From positions 21,266,001 to 21,330,000 of the forward strand of contig OX597828.1 in assembly GCA_951406725.2 (NCBI GenBank): a DNA stretch of 64,000 bases, in the 5' to 3' direction. Of the stretch, positions 13,033-31,249 are shown in pieces. The notes below the pieces were generated by a model that saw only the letters and a list, made by a program, of their open reading frames with translations, had not been told where the DNA came from and searched no databases. How positions within the stretch are numbered: position 1 is the first letter of the stretch; the number at the start of each line of letters is the position of its first letter. A program made the translations under genes and the position numbers. The stretch comes from Octopus vulgaris. Taxonomy: Eukaryota.

Positions 13033-13629
13033 CTCTCTCTCACTCACTCACTCATATACATATAAATGTACTAAAGCTCATATGAACCCATATAAATGCA
13101 TACCTAATTTGAGCAGTGAGACTATACATTTTTTCAGAGGAAACGAGAGACACTTACATAAATATATAAAAAGACACCTACATGAGCAAAACGACTATCA
13201 ACGAGTGTCGAATGTTTCGGTGATGAATATGTCTCGTCAGAACGTAATAAAGACCTAAACAACACCAGAAGGTATCGTATTGCACTGCTCATGGCAAGCA
13301 AGAAAGGGCTTGAAATATCGACTCTTTGGTTTGCAATTAACGATTGCTAGACAACTGGAGGAGATTCTTGTTAAGGTTTCCAATGCCGACCATACAATTG
13401 CACATGCGTGAGTGTGCAAGCCTGGGCAAGCTTTTCCGTTTGAGGAAGACTAGCTGTTGCTGATGCACGCAGTTCTCCCCTCCACACACTACCAATGTTT
13501 ATTCAAGAGAAAGGCCGCTAACCTGGGCCGCTGGAGTTTCGCACCAGTGTCACCTCAGGAGACGAAAAAGCTACAATAGACGTCATACGGCGTCTTGCCT
13601 GACCGCCTAAGAGTAACGTGCCTGGAAAG

Positions 13630-13925
13630 GGCGTCGCTTTGTGGTTAGGGTATTCAGTGCACGATTGTATTGTTGTGAGTTCGATTCTCGGCGGCGCTTT
13701 GTGTCCTTGAGCAAGACACTTTATTTTCACGTTGTTCCAGCCCACTCAGCCGGCAAAAAATGAGTTGTACTTCTATATCAAAGGGTCAGCCTCGTCACAT
13801 TTTGTGTCACGCTAAATCTCCCTGAAAACTACGTTAAGGGTACACTTGTATGTCAATTTAACGAGCAAGCTGTTTCGTTGATCGGATCATCTGGAACCCT
13901 CGTCGTCGTAACCGACGGAATGTCA
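13630..13925 (+). mobile_element. SINE family C head/core joined to family B-type tail
   Basis: GTGTCCTTGAGCAAGACACTTTATT core followed by CTACGTTAAGGGTACAC...GTCGTCGTAACCGACGG. Confidence 0.75.
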
Positions 13926-14685
13926 ATAAAAAAGTACTTCGCATCAGAATGGTAGTCTTTTATTATTTTTTAAAATCGAACCCCAAAAGCCTAAGAGTAA
14001 AGTTGACCAAGATATGGCGTGATCTCAGTGCTTAAAATGTGGAAACAGATGGCGGGTGCGAGGCATTTTATCCAACACTGTAACGATTCTGCTAATTCGC
14101 CGAAGACAGCTTTTAAGGAATTAATGGACCCTCTCCCCCAGCAGAAAAAAAAGAACAAAACAAAATAAGAACAAATGCACACACAAAAAGTAGGTTTCTC
14201 CTCACAGTCTAATACCAAAAAAAAAAACTAACAAAATAAACAAAATGGCGCCTAATCTTAGTGCGGGAGTCACGTGCATAATGGACATAACAGTTTGTGT
14301 GTGTGTACGTGAAGAGTAAGGAAGCGAAATATGTTTATATGTGAGGAAATCGGAGCGTGTTTGTATTAAACAGCGCTGCGATTCCACAAGGAATTCATGC
14401 TAATCTTTAGTCTAAATAATAGTTGACGATTACGCTGAACCAAAACTATCCAAGGTGCCAAATTTCACAAAGAATAGAAGACAATAGCTTCATAGAAGTA
14501 TTTTAAAGATTCCTCTTAAATGACTTCAGGAAGTAAAAAAAAAAAATCCAATTCCAGTTTTGCTATTTTGGGGTACGTTATGCAGAGAGTTGCTTTATGG
14601 TACGTTATGGAATGCTATGTTGTGATGCGTTTGGTTTGTGATGTTGGATGTTTAATCTAGCGGAAATCTAATCTTTTGTCGGAGT

Positions 14686-18840
<4,155 letters not shown>

Positions 18841-19085
18841 TCAGTGTTTACGGATAGAGAGCGAGTCCAGAACTTCAGCTAAATCGGGAGAATGTCTTGA
18901 CACGGTTACTATAGAAACCGGCGAGAGGTCATCGGACTGAGAGTGTGATGTTGAAGTGATCATGTTTTATAGACATACAGACAGACAGTAAAACATACAA
19001 CCATAGCAATAACAACGACAGCAACAACAAGAATAGCAAGGAAATTATCAAAACTAGGAACAACAATAACGAAAACTGTGGTTGC

Positions 19086-19760
19086 ACACCACCACCACCA
19101 CCACCACCACCACCACCACCACCACCACCACCACCACCACCACCACCACCACCATCACCACCACCATCACTACCACCACCATCACCACCACCACCACCAC
19201 CACCACCACCACCACCACCACCACCACCACCACCACCACCACCACCACCACCAGTATCAACAGCGGATATCAAGAACTACATCATCATCAGCAGCACTAC
19301 CTCCACCGCCATCATCATCATCATCATCATCATTATCATCATCATCATCACGCCTACCACCATCATCATCGTCATCATCGTCATCACTAACGCCACTACC
19401 ACCCCCACTACCAGCATCGCCACCATCATCACAACTACCACCACCACCACCACCACCACCAAAACCGACCCGACACAAACATACCAGCATAACCACCTCC
19501 CCCACTACCACTACCACCACCGCCACAACAACAACAACAACAACAACATCAACAACAGCACCACAATAGCCACCATCACCAGCACCACCAGCAGCACCAT
19601 CAGCATCACCAACACCATTACAACCACTGCTATCCCCCACCGCATCCCCCCAGCACCCACAACACCCCTCCCCTCAATATCCTCCAGCACCCCAGCACAC
19701 CCCAGTACCCCCCAGCATCCCGCCGGCACCACCACCCGCAACACCAAGAACAAGATGTCC
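19086..19760. repeat. (CAC)n/(CAT)n/(CAA)n trinucleotide tract
   Basis: direct reading. Confidence 0.95.
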
Positions 19761-20044
19761 AGTTGTTTTACATATGTAATGCAGATGAAGACCGGATGAC
19801 TATAACACGTATAGTTTACGGTAATAGTAGCGGCAGTAGTAGCAACACTACTACTAGTAGTAGTAGTAGTAGTAGTAATACTAGTAGTTGTTATTTGTAT
19901 TACTGTTGATGGTCTTGATGTATGTTGTAACTGTTGTTGTTAGTATTGTAGTTGTTACTGATGATGGTTGGTGTTGCCACTGCCGCTGCTGCTGCTGCTA
20001 CTGCTCCTGCTATCACTGTTGTTGTTGTTGTTGTTGTTTGTGTT

Positions 20045-20340
20045 GGCGTGGCGAAGTGGTTAGGCTATTCAGCTCACGACTGTTAGCCCGTGGGTTCGAC
20101 TCCCGGCGATGCGTTATGCCCTTGAGAACAAGACACTTTATTTCGCGTTGCACCAGTCCACTCAGCTGGCATAAAAATGAGTAGTACCAGTAATTGAAAA
20201 GGGGCCAGCCTTGTCACATTCTACGTTGCACTGATTCTTCCGGAAAACTACGTTAAAGTTACACGTGTCTGTTGAGTACTCAGCCACTTGCATGTTAATT
20301 TCACGTGCGGGTGATTCCGTTGATCGGATCAACTGGAACC
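20045..20340 (+). mobile_element. SINE family C head/core with B-type tail, followed by (CTT)n
   Basis: GGTTCGACTCCC B-box; CAAGACACTTTATTTC core. Confidence 0.75.
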
Positions 20341-20732
20341 TTCTTCTTCTTCTTCTTCTTCTTCTTCTTCTTCTTCTTCTTCTTCTTCTTCTTCTTCTTC
20401 TTCTTCTTCTTCTTCTTCTTCTTCTTCTTCTTCTTCTTCTTCTTCTTCTTCTTCAGGATTCACGCCATTAGCCACAAATAATACTCTCTAATTCGAGCCT
20501 ACTCTAAGCTACTAAAAATGCGCGTGGCAACTTGAAGATCGACCCACCACACGCCATAGACTGGCGGTTGCACGGGCGCGAAAGCTACGTTGTTATCCTC
20601 ATTCTGTAAACAGTGGGTTTTAATGGGTGGAGAGCTGAACCATCCTGGGGTACAGAGGATTCGCAATCTAGACTAGGGTCTGAAAGTTTACCACACCATA
20701 GTGTGTTACACCACGGTTCCTCTGCTTTGTGA

Positions 20733-20930
20733 CAGAAGTAGGAAGAAAGAGTGAGAGAAAGTTGTTGTGAAAGAGTACAGCGGGGTTCACCCCCCCCCCG
20801 CCGCCGGAGCCACGTGGAGCTTAGGTGTTTTTGCTCAATAAACACTCACAATACCCGGTCTGGGAATCGAAACAGCGTTCTTACGACCGCGAGTCCGCTG
20901 CCCTAACCACTGGGCCATTGCACCTCCACT
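20733..20930 (-). mobile_element. SINE family B, 5' part
   Basis: reverse complement of 44270-44460. Confidence 0.8.
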
Positions 20931-21099
20931 GGTGTGTTGGTACTGGTGGTGTTTCTGCTTGCACTGTTGAGACTAGTACTGATACTCGCCGTGTCGTGGC
21001 GTTCATGATGTCACTGGAAGAAGTGATGAGGCTTGCTTTGATGTTGGCGGCGTTGCAAAGATAATGGTATCAGAAATTGCGATAACGAGGCTTCAATCT

Positions 21100-22154
21100 A
21101 AGTTATTGGTATTGTAATAATACCATCGGAGGTGGGGGTGGTGATTGCGGGGGTGGTGTTGATGGTATTGGCGGTGGCAGGGGTAGTGGTAGTGGTGGCC
21201 TTTGTGATGATGGTCCCGGTAGTGGTGGTAGTGGTGGCGGTAGCCTTGGCGATGGTGATGTCGATTGTGTCAGTGATGGTGGTGTTGGTACTGGCTTTTG
21301 TGATGATGAGGATAATGATGATGATGGTGGTGGTGAGTGGTGTTGGTGGCAGCGGTGGGTGATGTTGGTGCTGGTGGTGGCGTGGTGATGATAGCATTGA
21401 CGGTGACTGTGGTAGTGGTAGTGGTGGCCTTGATAATGATGATGATGATGTTGTTGTTGGTGGTGGCGATGGTGATAATGGTGTCGATGGTGATGAAGGT
21501 GGTGTAGTGGTGTGGTGTTGTTGTTGTTGGTGGTGGTGGCTTTGATGATGATGGTATTGGCGGTGGCAGCGGTGGTGGTAGTGGTGGCCTTGATGATGAT
21601 GACGATGATGATGTTGGTGGTGGTGGTGATGGTGATGAAGGTATTGATGATGGTGGTGGTGTTGTTGTTGGTGTCTTTGATGATGATGGTATTGGCGGTG
21701 GCAAGTGGTAGTGGTAGTAGTGGTATCGGTGATGATGGCCTCGGTGGCGGTGGCTCCTTAGTGACGATGGCATCGGTGGTAGTGTGGATAAAGTAGCTAG
21801 TTACATCGGCAGCCGTACGATGGTTTTGATGATAATGGTGTCAGTGGCAGTGAAAGTGCAGTTGATTTTGATATGGTGGCAATATAATAATTTTCATGGT
21901 AATAACATCAGTGATAACCATGGTGAGGTAGATAGCAATGTCAGTGGTGCTGTGGTAGCTTTAGTAATAGTGGTGGTGCAGTTGGCAGTATTGATACTGG
22001 AGACGGAGCCGACTATAGCAGTGGTATGGCTTGTTTTGATATCTGCGGCTTTGTGGTGTTGAGGGGGTTTCTACCGTGATGACGGCATCAGCGGTAATGG
22101 TGGCGAGGCTGGTATTGATGTTGTTGCTGCTATTGTTATCGATGTTGTTATTGA

Positions 22155-22235
<81 letters not shown>

Positions 22236-22270
22236 TATTATTATTATTATCATTATTATTATTATTATTG
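21100..22270. repeat. degenerate (GGT/GAT)n tract and (TTA)n
   Basis: direct reading. Confidence 0.9.
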
Positions 22271-22501
22271 AGGATGAAATGAAAACTACAATTGTAGTGA
22301 GATGTAAAAGACATATAGAAAAGGCAGGGCGATGGAACCCTTCATAAAGGATCATTGTCGGACAAAGGTGGACTAGCAACCAAATTGATCTACAGAAGCT
22401 TCTTCTTTGTGTAACAATGATGTAAGACATTATACACACACCCAACTCTCTCAACCACACACATACACCACACTTCACTCCTTCTCTCTCCATTATATCA
22501 T

Positions 22502-22543
<42 letters not shown>

Positions 22544-22872
22544 ACACCACTACCGCTCTTTTTTTTCATTCATTCTTTCTTTTTTTGTCTTACCTTTTAT
22601 TTTGCTTGCTTTGAATCTGTTTTCCATTCTTGCTCCCTATCTTTCTTCCCTGATCTTTCTCTCTCTCGTTCTCAATTTCTTCTTTATTTTTCAATTTTCC
22701 TGCTTTTTACGTATATGTTTGTATATTTTGCACGTACACACACGCACATGCACACACACACACACACATACACACATATATGCATATATAAATATATATA
22801 TATCTATATCTATCTTCCATATATGCATGCATTTACACATACACACATATACATATATGAATTTCCGTACGC

Positions 22873-22914
<42 letters not shown>

Positions 22915-23329
22915 ATATATATATATATATATGTATGTGTATATGTATGTATATATATATATATATATATGTGTATATTTGTGTGTGTGTGTGCGCGTAT
23001 ATATATTCATATATACATGCATATGTGTACATATATACACACAAACATATCTATCCATCAATCTATCTCCATATCTATACCATACAAAGGTCGTATGCTA
23101 CAAATGTACATTTGTTTCTTCCCTATGTGAGGTTGACAAGCTTTGAAAAAAGAAAAAAAAAAGAATAAAAAAAACACTATTAATTATTCTTATATATACC
23201 TGTCGGTGAGTATACAAAAGAGACATTTATGCAAACCTGTGAATGTGTGCAGGATTATTCAGGTTACAAAAAAAAAATGTTATTGCGTAGAATCTTATCG
23301 ATTTAATTTCGGTGGTTTTTATCACCATA

Positions 23330-23506
23330 GGCACAGGCGTGGCTGCGAGGTAAGAAGTTTTTTTTTGCCAACCACATGGGTCCGGGTTCAGTCCCACTCC
23401 GTAGCACGTTGGGGAAATGTCTTCTAATTTAGCCTCGGGCCGACCCGACCCGACCCGACCAAAGCGTTATAAGTGGATAAAGTAGACGGAAACTGAAAGA
23501 AACCTG

Positions 23507-23545
<39 letters not shown>

Positions 23546-23699
23546 GGTATGTATATTTATGAATATATAGGCGCAGGTGTGGCTGGGTGAGAAGAAGTTT
23601 GCTTGTCATCCACGTGGTTTCAGGTTCAGTCCCACTGCATGACACCTTAGGCAAGTATCTTCTACTATAGTCTCTATTAACTCTGAGTGTCTTCTACTC

Positions 23700-23761
<62 letters not shown>

Positions 23762-24010
23762 ATATATGTATATTCATGTATTTATGTATGTATGTATGTA
23801 TGTATGTATGTATGTATGTGTGTGTGTGTGTGTGTGTTTGTCCCCTTCCACCGCTTGACCACTGGTGTTGGCGCGTTTATGTCCCTGTACCACAGAGGTT
23901 CGGCTTAAGAAGCCGCTAGAATAAGCGCCAGGCTTAAAAAAATCATCCCTGGCCTCAATTTATTCGGTTAAAATTCTACATGGTGCTGCCCCAGCATGGC
24001 CACAGTCTAA
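23330..24010 (+). mobile_element. SINE family D copies (two heads plus a 3' half) separated by microsatellites
   Basis: GGGTTCAGTCCCACT, GGCAAGTGTCTTCTA CORE-like motif, GACGGAAACTGAAAGAA; 3' CCCCAGCATGGCC. Confidence 0.75.
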
Positions 24011-24116
24011 TGTTGTCACTTTGAAAACTATATATTTCGAACGGGAATTTGGCAGTGCCACCTCTAGCCGAGCAATTATTCTGTGCTGATGAAGAAGAGA
24101 AATAACCCAGAAATAC

Positions 24117-24464
24117 CGATACACAGATATTGTTTTGAGCTGAGTGGGGATGCTAGATTCCCTTGTCCGAAAACATAAAGACACAGATTGTGTCGTATAG
24201 CTAGCTGGAGACGATGTCTCCAGGGGCTAAATTACAGCAACATTCATCCTAAACCATGACTGCTATGTTATGTTGGCAAAAATTTTTAACCCGGAAATCG
24301 CGATACACAGATATTGATTTGAGTTGAGTGGGGGTGCTAGATTCCCTTCTTCGAAAATATAAGTACATAGGTTATGTTGTATAGCCAGCTGGAGACGATG
24401 TCTCCTTGGGCTAAATTACAGCAACATTAGTCCTAAACCAGGACTGCCATGTTATTTTGGCAAA
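24117..24464. repeat. 184-bp tandem duplication, about 2 copies
   Basis: CGATACACAGATATTG...TTGGCAAA at 24117 and 24301. Confidence 0.85.
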
Positions 24465-24879
24465 CAATCGTTACTACAAAGTACTGTTGCTGAATATGTC
24501 ATGTTGTGAGATTTTAAAATGGTAATTTTCTAAATCCTTTATTGTTTGGACGCTTGCTGTTCTGCGTGCACCTCAGTAATTATTATCTGTTTGTCAGACA
24601 GCGGCATGCATCAGCCAATAATCTGTTTCATGATTTCTATAAGCATGAGCTAGTATTCTTGTTACCTTCGTTGAGAAGGGGATAGCTTCGACTGAGGAGA
24701 CGTGCAATAAGGTTGAAACAGCGTGTTATTTCAAAGTCCCTTTATACCAGAGAATCACGTGTGTTATGAACACACATCGTCTAAAGGATGGAAGTATTCT
24801 TCGCTGACAAAAAATCAACAGCGATCAGCATATTCACGTTCGAATCTGCCAGAATGTATTTAAAAAATTAATACTCCAT

Positions 24880-25083
24880 TGGTGTTATTCAAGGGAAAGG
24901 CAAAGGCCGATACAGCTTGCCACCAGTGACGTCGCAACTCATTTCTACAGATGAGTGAACTGAAGCAACGTGAAATAAAGTGTCTTGCTCAAGAACACAT
25001 TGCACAGCTCGGTCTGGGAATCGAACTCACTACCTCGTGATTGTGAGCCCGACACTCTAACCATTGAGTCATGCATCTTCACA
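24880..25083 (-). mobile_element. SINE family C
   Basis: similar to 52900-53096. Confidence 0.8.
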
Positions 25084-25094
25084 GGAATTTGGAA

Positions 25095-25660
25095 GGCTGC
25101 TAGCTGGCTGAGACGTTAGCATGCCGGGCAAAATTCTTAAGCAGTGTTTCGTCTGCCGCTACGTTCTGAGTTCAAGTTCCGCCGAGGTCGACTTTGCCTT
25201 TCATCCTTTCGGAGTCAATTAAATAAGTACCAGTTACGCACTGGGGTCGATCTAATCGACTTAATCCGTTTGTCTGTCCTTGTTTGTCCCCTCTATGTTT
25301 AGCCCCTTGTGGGCAATAAAGAAATAAGAATTTGGAGTAGATAAAGCTAAAAATAATTGTATAAAATATCGGATTAAAAACCAAACGTTTCACCCGGCAT
25401 GCTACAATTCTGACAGCACGCTGCCTTAAATAATAAGGCCAATATTGGTATCAAGGTTTGGCATAAAGCCAGCAATTTCGGGAAAGTGGCTAAGTCGATT
25501 ACATCGGCTCCAATGTTCAACAGGTACTTATTTTATTGCCCTCGAAAGGATAAAAAGAAAAGTTAATCTCGGTAGAATCTGAACTCACAACGTAAGGACG
25601 AACGAAATACCACTAAGCATTTTGTCCGGTGTGCTAACGATTCTGCCAGTTCGCGGCCAT
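25095..25660. mobile_element. two SINE family A copies (+ 25095-25330; - ~25455-25660)
   Basis: match to the family A consensus. Confidence 0.8.
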
Positions 25661-26421
25661 AAATCATAAAAAACAAAACTGAGCTCAAATGAGATCAGAT
25701 TCCATTAGGACCAGTACAAACGCTTGATTCTAACCGTAAACCCATTCTTTGAATGACATCTACGATACATACCAAATTGAAGAAAGTTTAAAATTTCAGC
25801 GAAAGTCTTATCTTTTTGCATCGTTTAAATATAAACATCATATAGATAACTTATTGATAAAATATAGACAATTTATTGATAAATTATTGATAATACATAG
25901 ACAGTTTATTGATGATTTAGAGATAATTTTTTGCTAATTAATTGGTAATTTGTTGCTATACAAAGAATACCAATTAAATAAAGAATAACATTTATGAATG
26001 TATGTATATATGTTTGTGTGTATCCCATTGTGTATGTACGCAAGTATGTGTGAATATACATTTATATATTTTGTATGTATGTATGTATGTATGCATGTAT
26101 GTATGTATGTATGTATGTATGTATGTATGTATGTATGTATGTATGTATTTATGTATGTATGTATGTATGTATGTATGTATATAAATATGTACATGTATAT
26201 ACATATATGTATATAAGAATAGAATGTATGCATATACGTACATATTTATAAATATATATATATATACATATGAATATATATGAATAATATATATATATAA
26301 ATATATATATATACATATGAATATATATGAATAATATATATATATATATATACAAATATATACATACATATTTATATATAGATATATAAATATACCTATG
26401 AACATATATATGTGAACATAG

Positions 26422-26487
<66 letters not shown>

Positions 26488-26492
26488 GTCTT

Positions 26493-26582
<90 letters not shown>

Positions 26583-26734
26583 CACTTAACTATTTCTCTT
26601 TCCTCACATTATTCTGCGTGTGTCTATACACACACACCCGCGCACAGGTGTACATACATACATACATACATACAGACACACATACATACAGACACACATA
26701 CATACATACATACATACATACATACATACATACA

Positions 26735-26768
<34 letters not shown>

Positions 26769-27047
26769 CATACATACCAATATACCCGTAGCTATATGCA
26801 TACATATATATATTCATATGTGTATACGTACTCTCAAATACATATGCGTGTGCGTAAAGGTACAGTACATCTTTGTGCACGCATTTACACACACACAAAT
26901 ATGATCTCGAACATTCTCTCCTCATGTGTATATTTATTTACTGTTTTCTCCATAGAGATATACTTGTAGATATACATATGGGCATTTATGGTCACATATA
27001 CATCTGTAAATACATGCATTCTTGTATACAAAGGTATAGTCACAATC

Positions 27048-27100
<53 letters not shown>

Positions 27101-27269
27101 CATATATATATGTATGTGAGTGTGTGTATGTATATATATATATGTATATATATATATATGTATTATATATATATATATATGCATTTATATGTTTACATGT
27201 GGAGGTGTAACTACTTGCATGTTAAGATTTGCATACGTATATATATCTTTATATATATATACATTTAAA

Positions 27270-27309
<40 letters not shown>

Positions 27310-27447
27310 CATGCACACATATATGCATACGTATATCTTTATATATATACGGGTTTGTATATATGTATATATATATATACATATACATACATACACACAC
27401 ACATATATATATATATATATGTATATATATGTGTATATATATATATG

Positions 27448-27523
<76 letters not shown>

Positions 27524-28712
27524 ACACCTACGTACACATCAGTTGATCTCACGGCATGGTGTAAAAGAAGTGAAGTCATCTCAGTACCCTGTGGTTGGTC
27601 GTCACATCGAAAATTAGCAGATCTGTCATAGTGAGCCATTGTTAGCCGCCGGCTAAGCTACGCGTAGACTATTTTTAATACAAAATAGATTCTTGCAGTC
27701 ACTCCACATTGGCACATCCAGATTCTTCTTCTCAACCATCATCATCATCATCATCATCATCATCACCACCATAGTGATGATGGTGATGATGAAGACGGTG
27801 ATGATGATGACGATGATGATGATGATGATGGCGATTGTGATGATGGTGATGATGAAGACGATGATGAAGATAATGATGAATATGATGATGATGATAGTGA
27901 TGTTGATAATGATGGTGATGTTGGTGATGATGATGATTACAATGATGATGGTGGTGGTGATGGTAGTGGTCATGATGGTGATGATGATGGGCGGTGTTAT
28001 TGATGATTTTGGTGATGTTTGTGATTGCTGTTGCTATGATGATGATGATGATGTTGATAATGAACATCATCGTCGTCATCATCATCTCCCACACATCCCT
28101 TCTCCATCGTCCTCCACTTCCTCCTCAATTCCTTCTTTCGCCCCTCCTTTTCTTCCTCCATCTTACCTTCCTCTTCCTCATCATCTTCACTCTATGCACC
28201 ATCATCGTCACCAGAATCCGCTTACTCCTCCTCCTCCTCCTCCTCCCCCAACTCTACCGCCTTCATCCACCTCTGCAGCATCCTCCTCCCTCTCTGTACC
28301 GCCCTCCTCCTCTTCATCGTCCTTCTTCCCTTCACTGCGCTTCTCCCACTCATCCCCGTCCTCTTCTCTCTACCACCCCTTCCCCTCTCCACCATCCTCT
28401 TCTCCCTCTCAACCGCCTTCCTCCTCCTCCTTCTCCCCCCATTCTCCTTCCTTCCTTCCTCTTTTCTACTTGGCGGGTATTTCGACCGTTTTCACATTCT
28501 GAGTTCAAAATTCCTCCGAGGTCGACTTTGCCTTTTAACCTTCGGGTTCGATGGAATACGTATCAGATGGCGATCAACAATTCCTCTTCCCGCAAAATTT
28601 TCAGGTTTTATGCCAAAAGTAGAAAAGATTATCATAGATTTCAGGTTTTCATTTTCTAACAGAATTATTCAGTTAATTCATAAAAGTTTCGTCGCAAAAA
28701 AATAAGATATCA

Positions 28713-28751
<39 letters not shown>

Positions 28752-28753
<2 letters not shown>

Positions 28754-29522
28754 ATTGAGATAGGGGTTGTGAGTGCAACCCACCATGGGATAACATATAT
28801 CCAATATACTGCCAGTAAAGCACCCAACAAAGTTAATACATAAATGTTAAGAATTGCGATACAATTAATTCAATTATTGTATTATATGGGCGAAGGTAAA
28901 ATGTTTTACCACAAATTCATAATACAAAATAAGAAAATGGAGAAATACATCTTAATCAATAATCAACTACCAGATAATACCCAATCACATAACTTATCAA
29001 CCAACTACATATGAACATCAAGGTCAAACATAATAATACAGAACAAAACAATGCACATCAATGAGTAATATGATACAATAAGTACAATATGTACAAATAA
29101 ATAAAAATAAATATAAATATAAATATAAACTACATCTTACAGCTGTTTCAGCCATGTAGATATGAGTATCTCATTATGCTCATATTAGCCAGGTGTGATA
29201 AGTTAATATGTGGTTATAAATGAGACACTTACAAATATATCCCAAGGCTTCTTCAGAGATTATAAAGTACAATCTAAATATGAATATCAGAGAAGGTACA
29301 CCCGTACAAGAATCGGTACATAACCATAATATATAATATACACATACGTATAAGTGTATATACTCATGCTCCTATATATATATACACGTATATACATAAT
29401 AATATATAATAATATACATACATATATATAAGGTTACAGTTAGTCAAATCAATATATTAGAATATTACAATATACAAACATACACATATCTATATGCAAA
29501 TGTACATATACAAAGTCAAGAG

Positions 29523-29525
<3 letters not shown>
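28752..29525 (-). mobile_element. (TA)n-flanked non-coding element carrying a hammerhead (Penelope pLTR-like)
   Basis: bounded by (TA)n on both sides; contains the ribozyme at 29134-29260. Confidence 0.55.
29134..29260 (-). ncRNA. type I hammerhead ribozyme with large stem II insertion
   Basis: reverse complement: ATCT-CTGAAGA-AGCC...(~90 nt)...GGCT-GAAA-CAGCTG-TA-AGAT; intact core and palindromic stem III. Confidence 0.75.
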
Positions 29526-29567
<42 letters not shown>

Positions 29568-29601
29568 CATATTATAAATATATATATATATATACATATA
29601 T

Positions 29602-29632
<31 letters not shown>

Positions 29633-29849
29633 GTATATAATTATATATATATATACATATATATATATACATATATATATATATACACACATATATATAT
29701 ATACATACAAATATATATATATGTATATATACACATATATACATATATGTACATATATATATATATATACACATATATACAATATATATATATTGTCTAT
29801 ATATATCTATATCTATATCTATACCTATATATCTATATCTATATCTATC

Positions 29850-29915
<66 letters not shown>

Positions 29916-30176
29916 CATATACATAGGTAATTGCAAATTGACAACCTATTTCGAAAAGAAAAACAAAAAAATAACGTGAAAGTTTACGGAAGAGGATCTC
30001 CTGAGTTGTCAGTTGGCAATTAGTGCTGCATCTAGCTTATTTAGTTCATGTAAGATATGTCTTATTTTCTGTGATGCAATCATCGTAAGTTACGTAAAAT
30101 GATGCTGTTGGCCGGACAGACATACAACCCCATTCATAAGTCCATAAATCTTCACAGCCGTAAACTTTCAAAATAA

Positions 30177-30221
<45 letters not shown>

Positions 30222-30312
30222 TTCATTTACTTTTCGGTATGATTTGTCAATTTGCCGTTACATTTACACACACACACACACACCAACACACACACACACA
30301 CACACACACACC

Positions 30313-30365
<53 letters not shown>

Positions 30366-30660
30366 ACACAGGCGCGTGTAAGAGAAATGTGTTATTTTCT
30401 ATGATGAAAATCTCCATAACTCTATTACATAAATTCTATTGAGAAATGAGAAATAAAAAAAAACCGTTTAAAAACCTACTTTCAAGCACTCATTCATTTC
30501 GCAAATCCAAGTCTATTTTTGTACATTCCCAATTTTACTTCTTGTTTTCAAATATTCTGTTATGCACTTGTATGTTTATAAAGTGAAAGATCACTAAATT
30601 CTTTATATTTTATAATGCTCAACTTGGTCGTGATCATTGCAGATGATGATGATGATGATG

Positions 30661-30790
<130 letters not shown>

Positions 30791-30809
30791 TAATAATAAC
30801 AATAATAAT

Positions 30810-31228
30810 AAAATATAAAGATCTTGAAATAGAAATCAGCAAAATGTGGAAGCTGAAGACTAAAACAATACCTGTTGTCATAGGTGCCCTGGGAATGATA
30901 GCGAAAGGGACTGATTTGCTACCTAACTCAGATACCAGGAAACCCCAAAATGGCAGAAATTCAAAAGATAGTGCTCATGGGAACTGCTCATATCCTACGC
31001 AAAATACTCTCTATGTAATCCCAAGGTTTAAAACAAACTTTATTTATTTATTTATTTATTTATTTTTTTTTATTATGTATTAGACATTCACTAGTACAAC
31101 ACAAAAAAAAAAGAAAAAGAAAAACCCCAAATTTATGGTACATAACTTCCAACCTGTTGTCTCTTGAGGTCTCTGGGTGAGACTTGGAGCCAACTTGTAC
31201 AGACATAAAGCAAAAGTGAAGCATAGAA
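30810..31228 (+). mobile_element. R4/Dong-type (RLE) non-LTR element 3' end within (TAA)n
   Basis: KYKDLEIEISKMWKLKTKTIPVVIGALGMI...IQKIVLMGTAHILRKILS; (TAA)n on both sides. Confidence 0.85.
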
Positions 31229-31249
31229 TAATAATAATAATGATAATAA

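Noticed and set aside
13206-13245. Minus-strand CTGACGA...CGAAAC
   Set aside because: Stems II and III are not convincing
14243-14277. AAAATGGCG (YY1-like) and CACGTG motifs; also AAAATGGCG at ~9102
   Set aside because: Short motifs expected by chance, with no supporting gene
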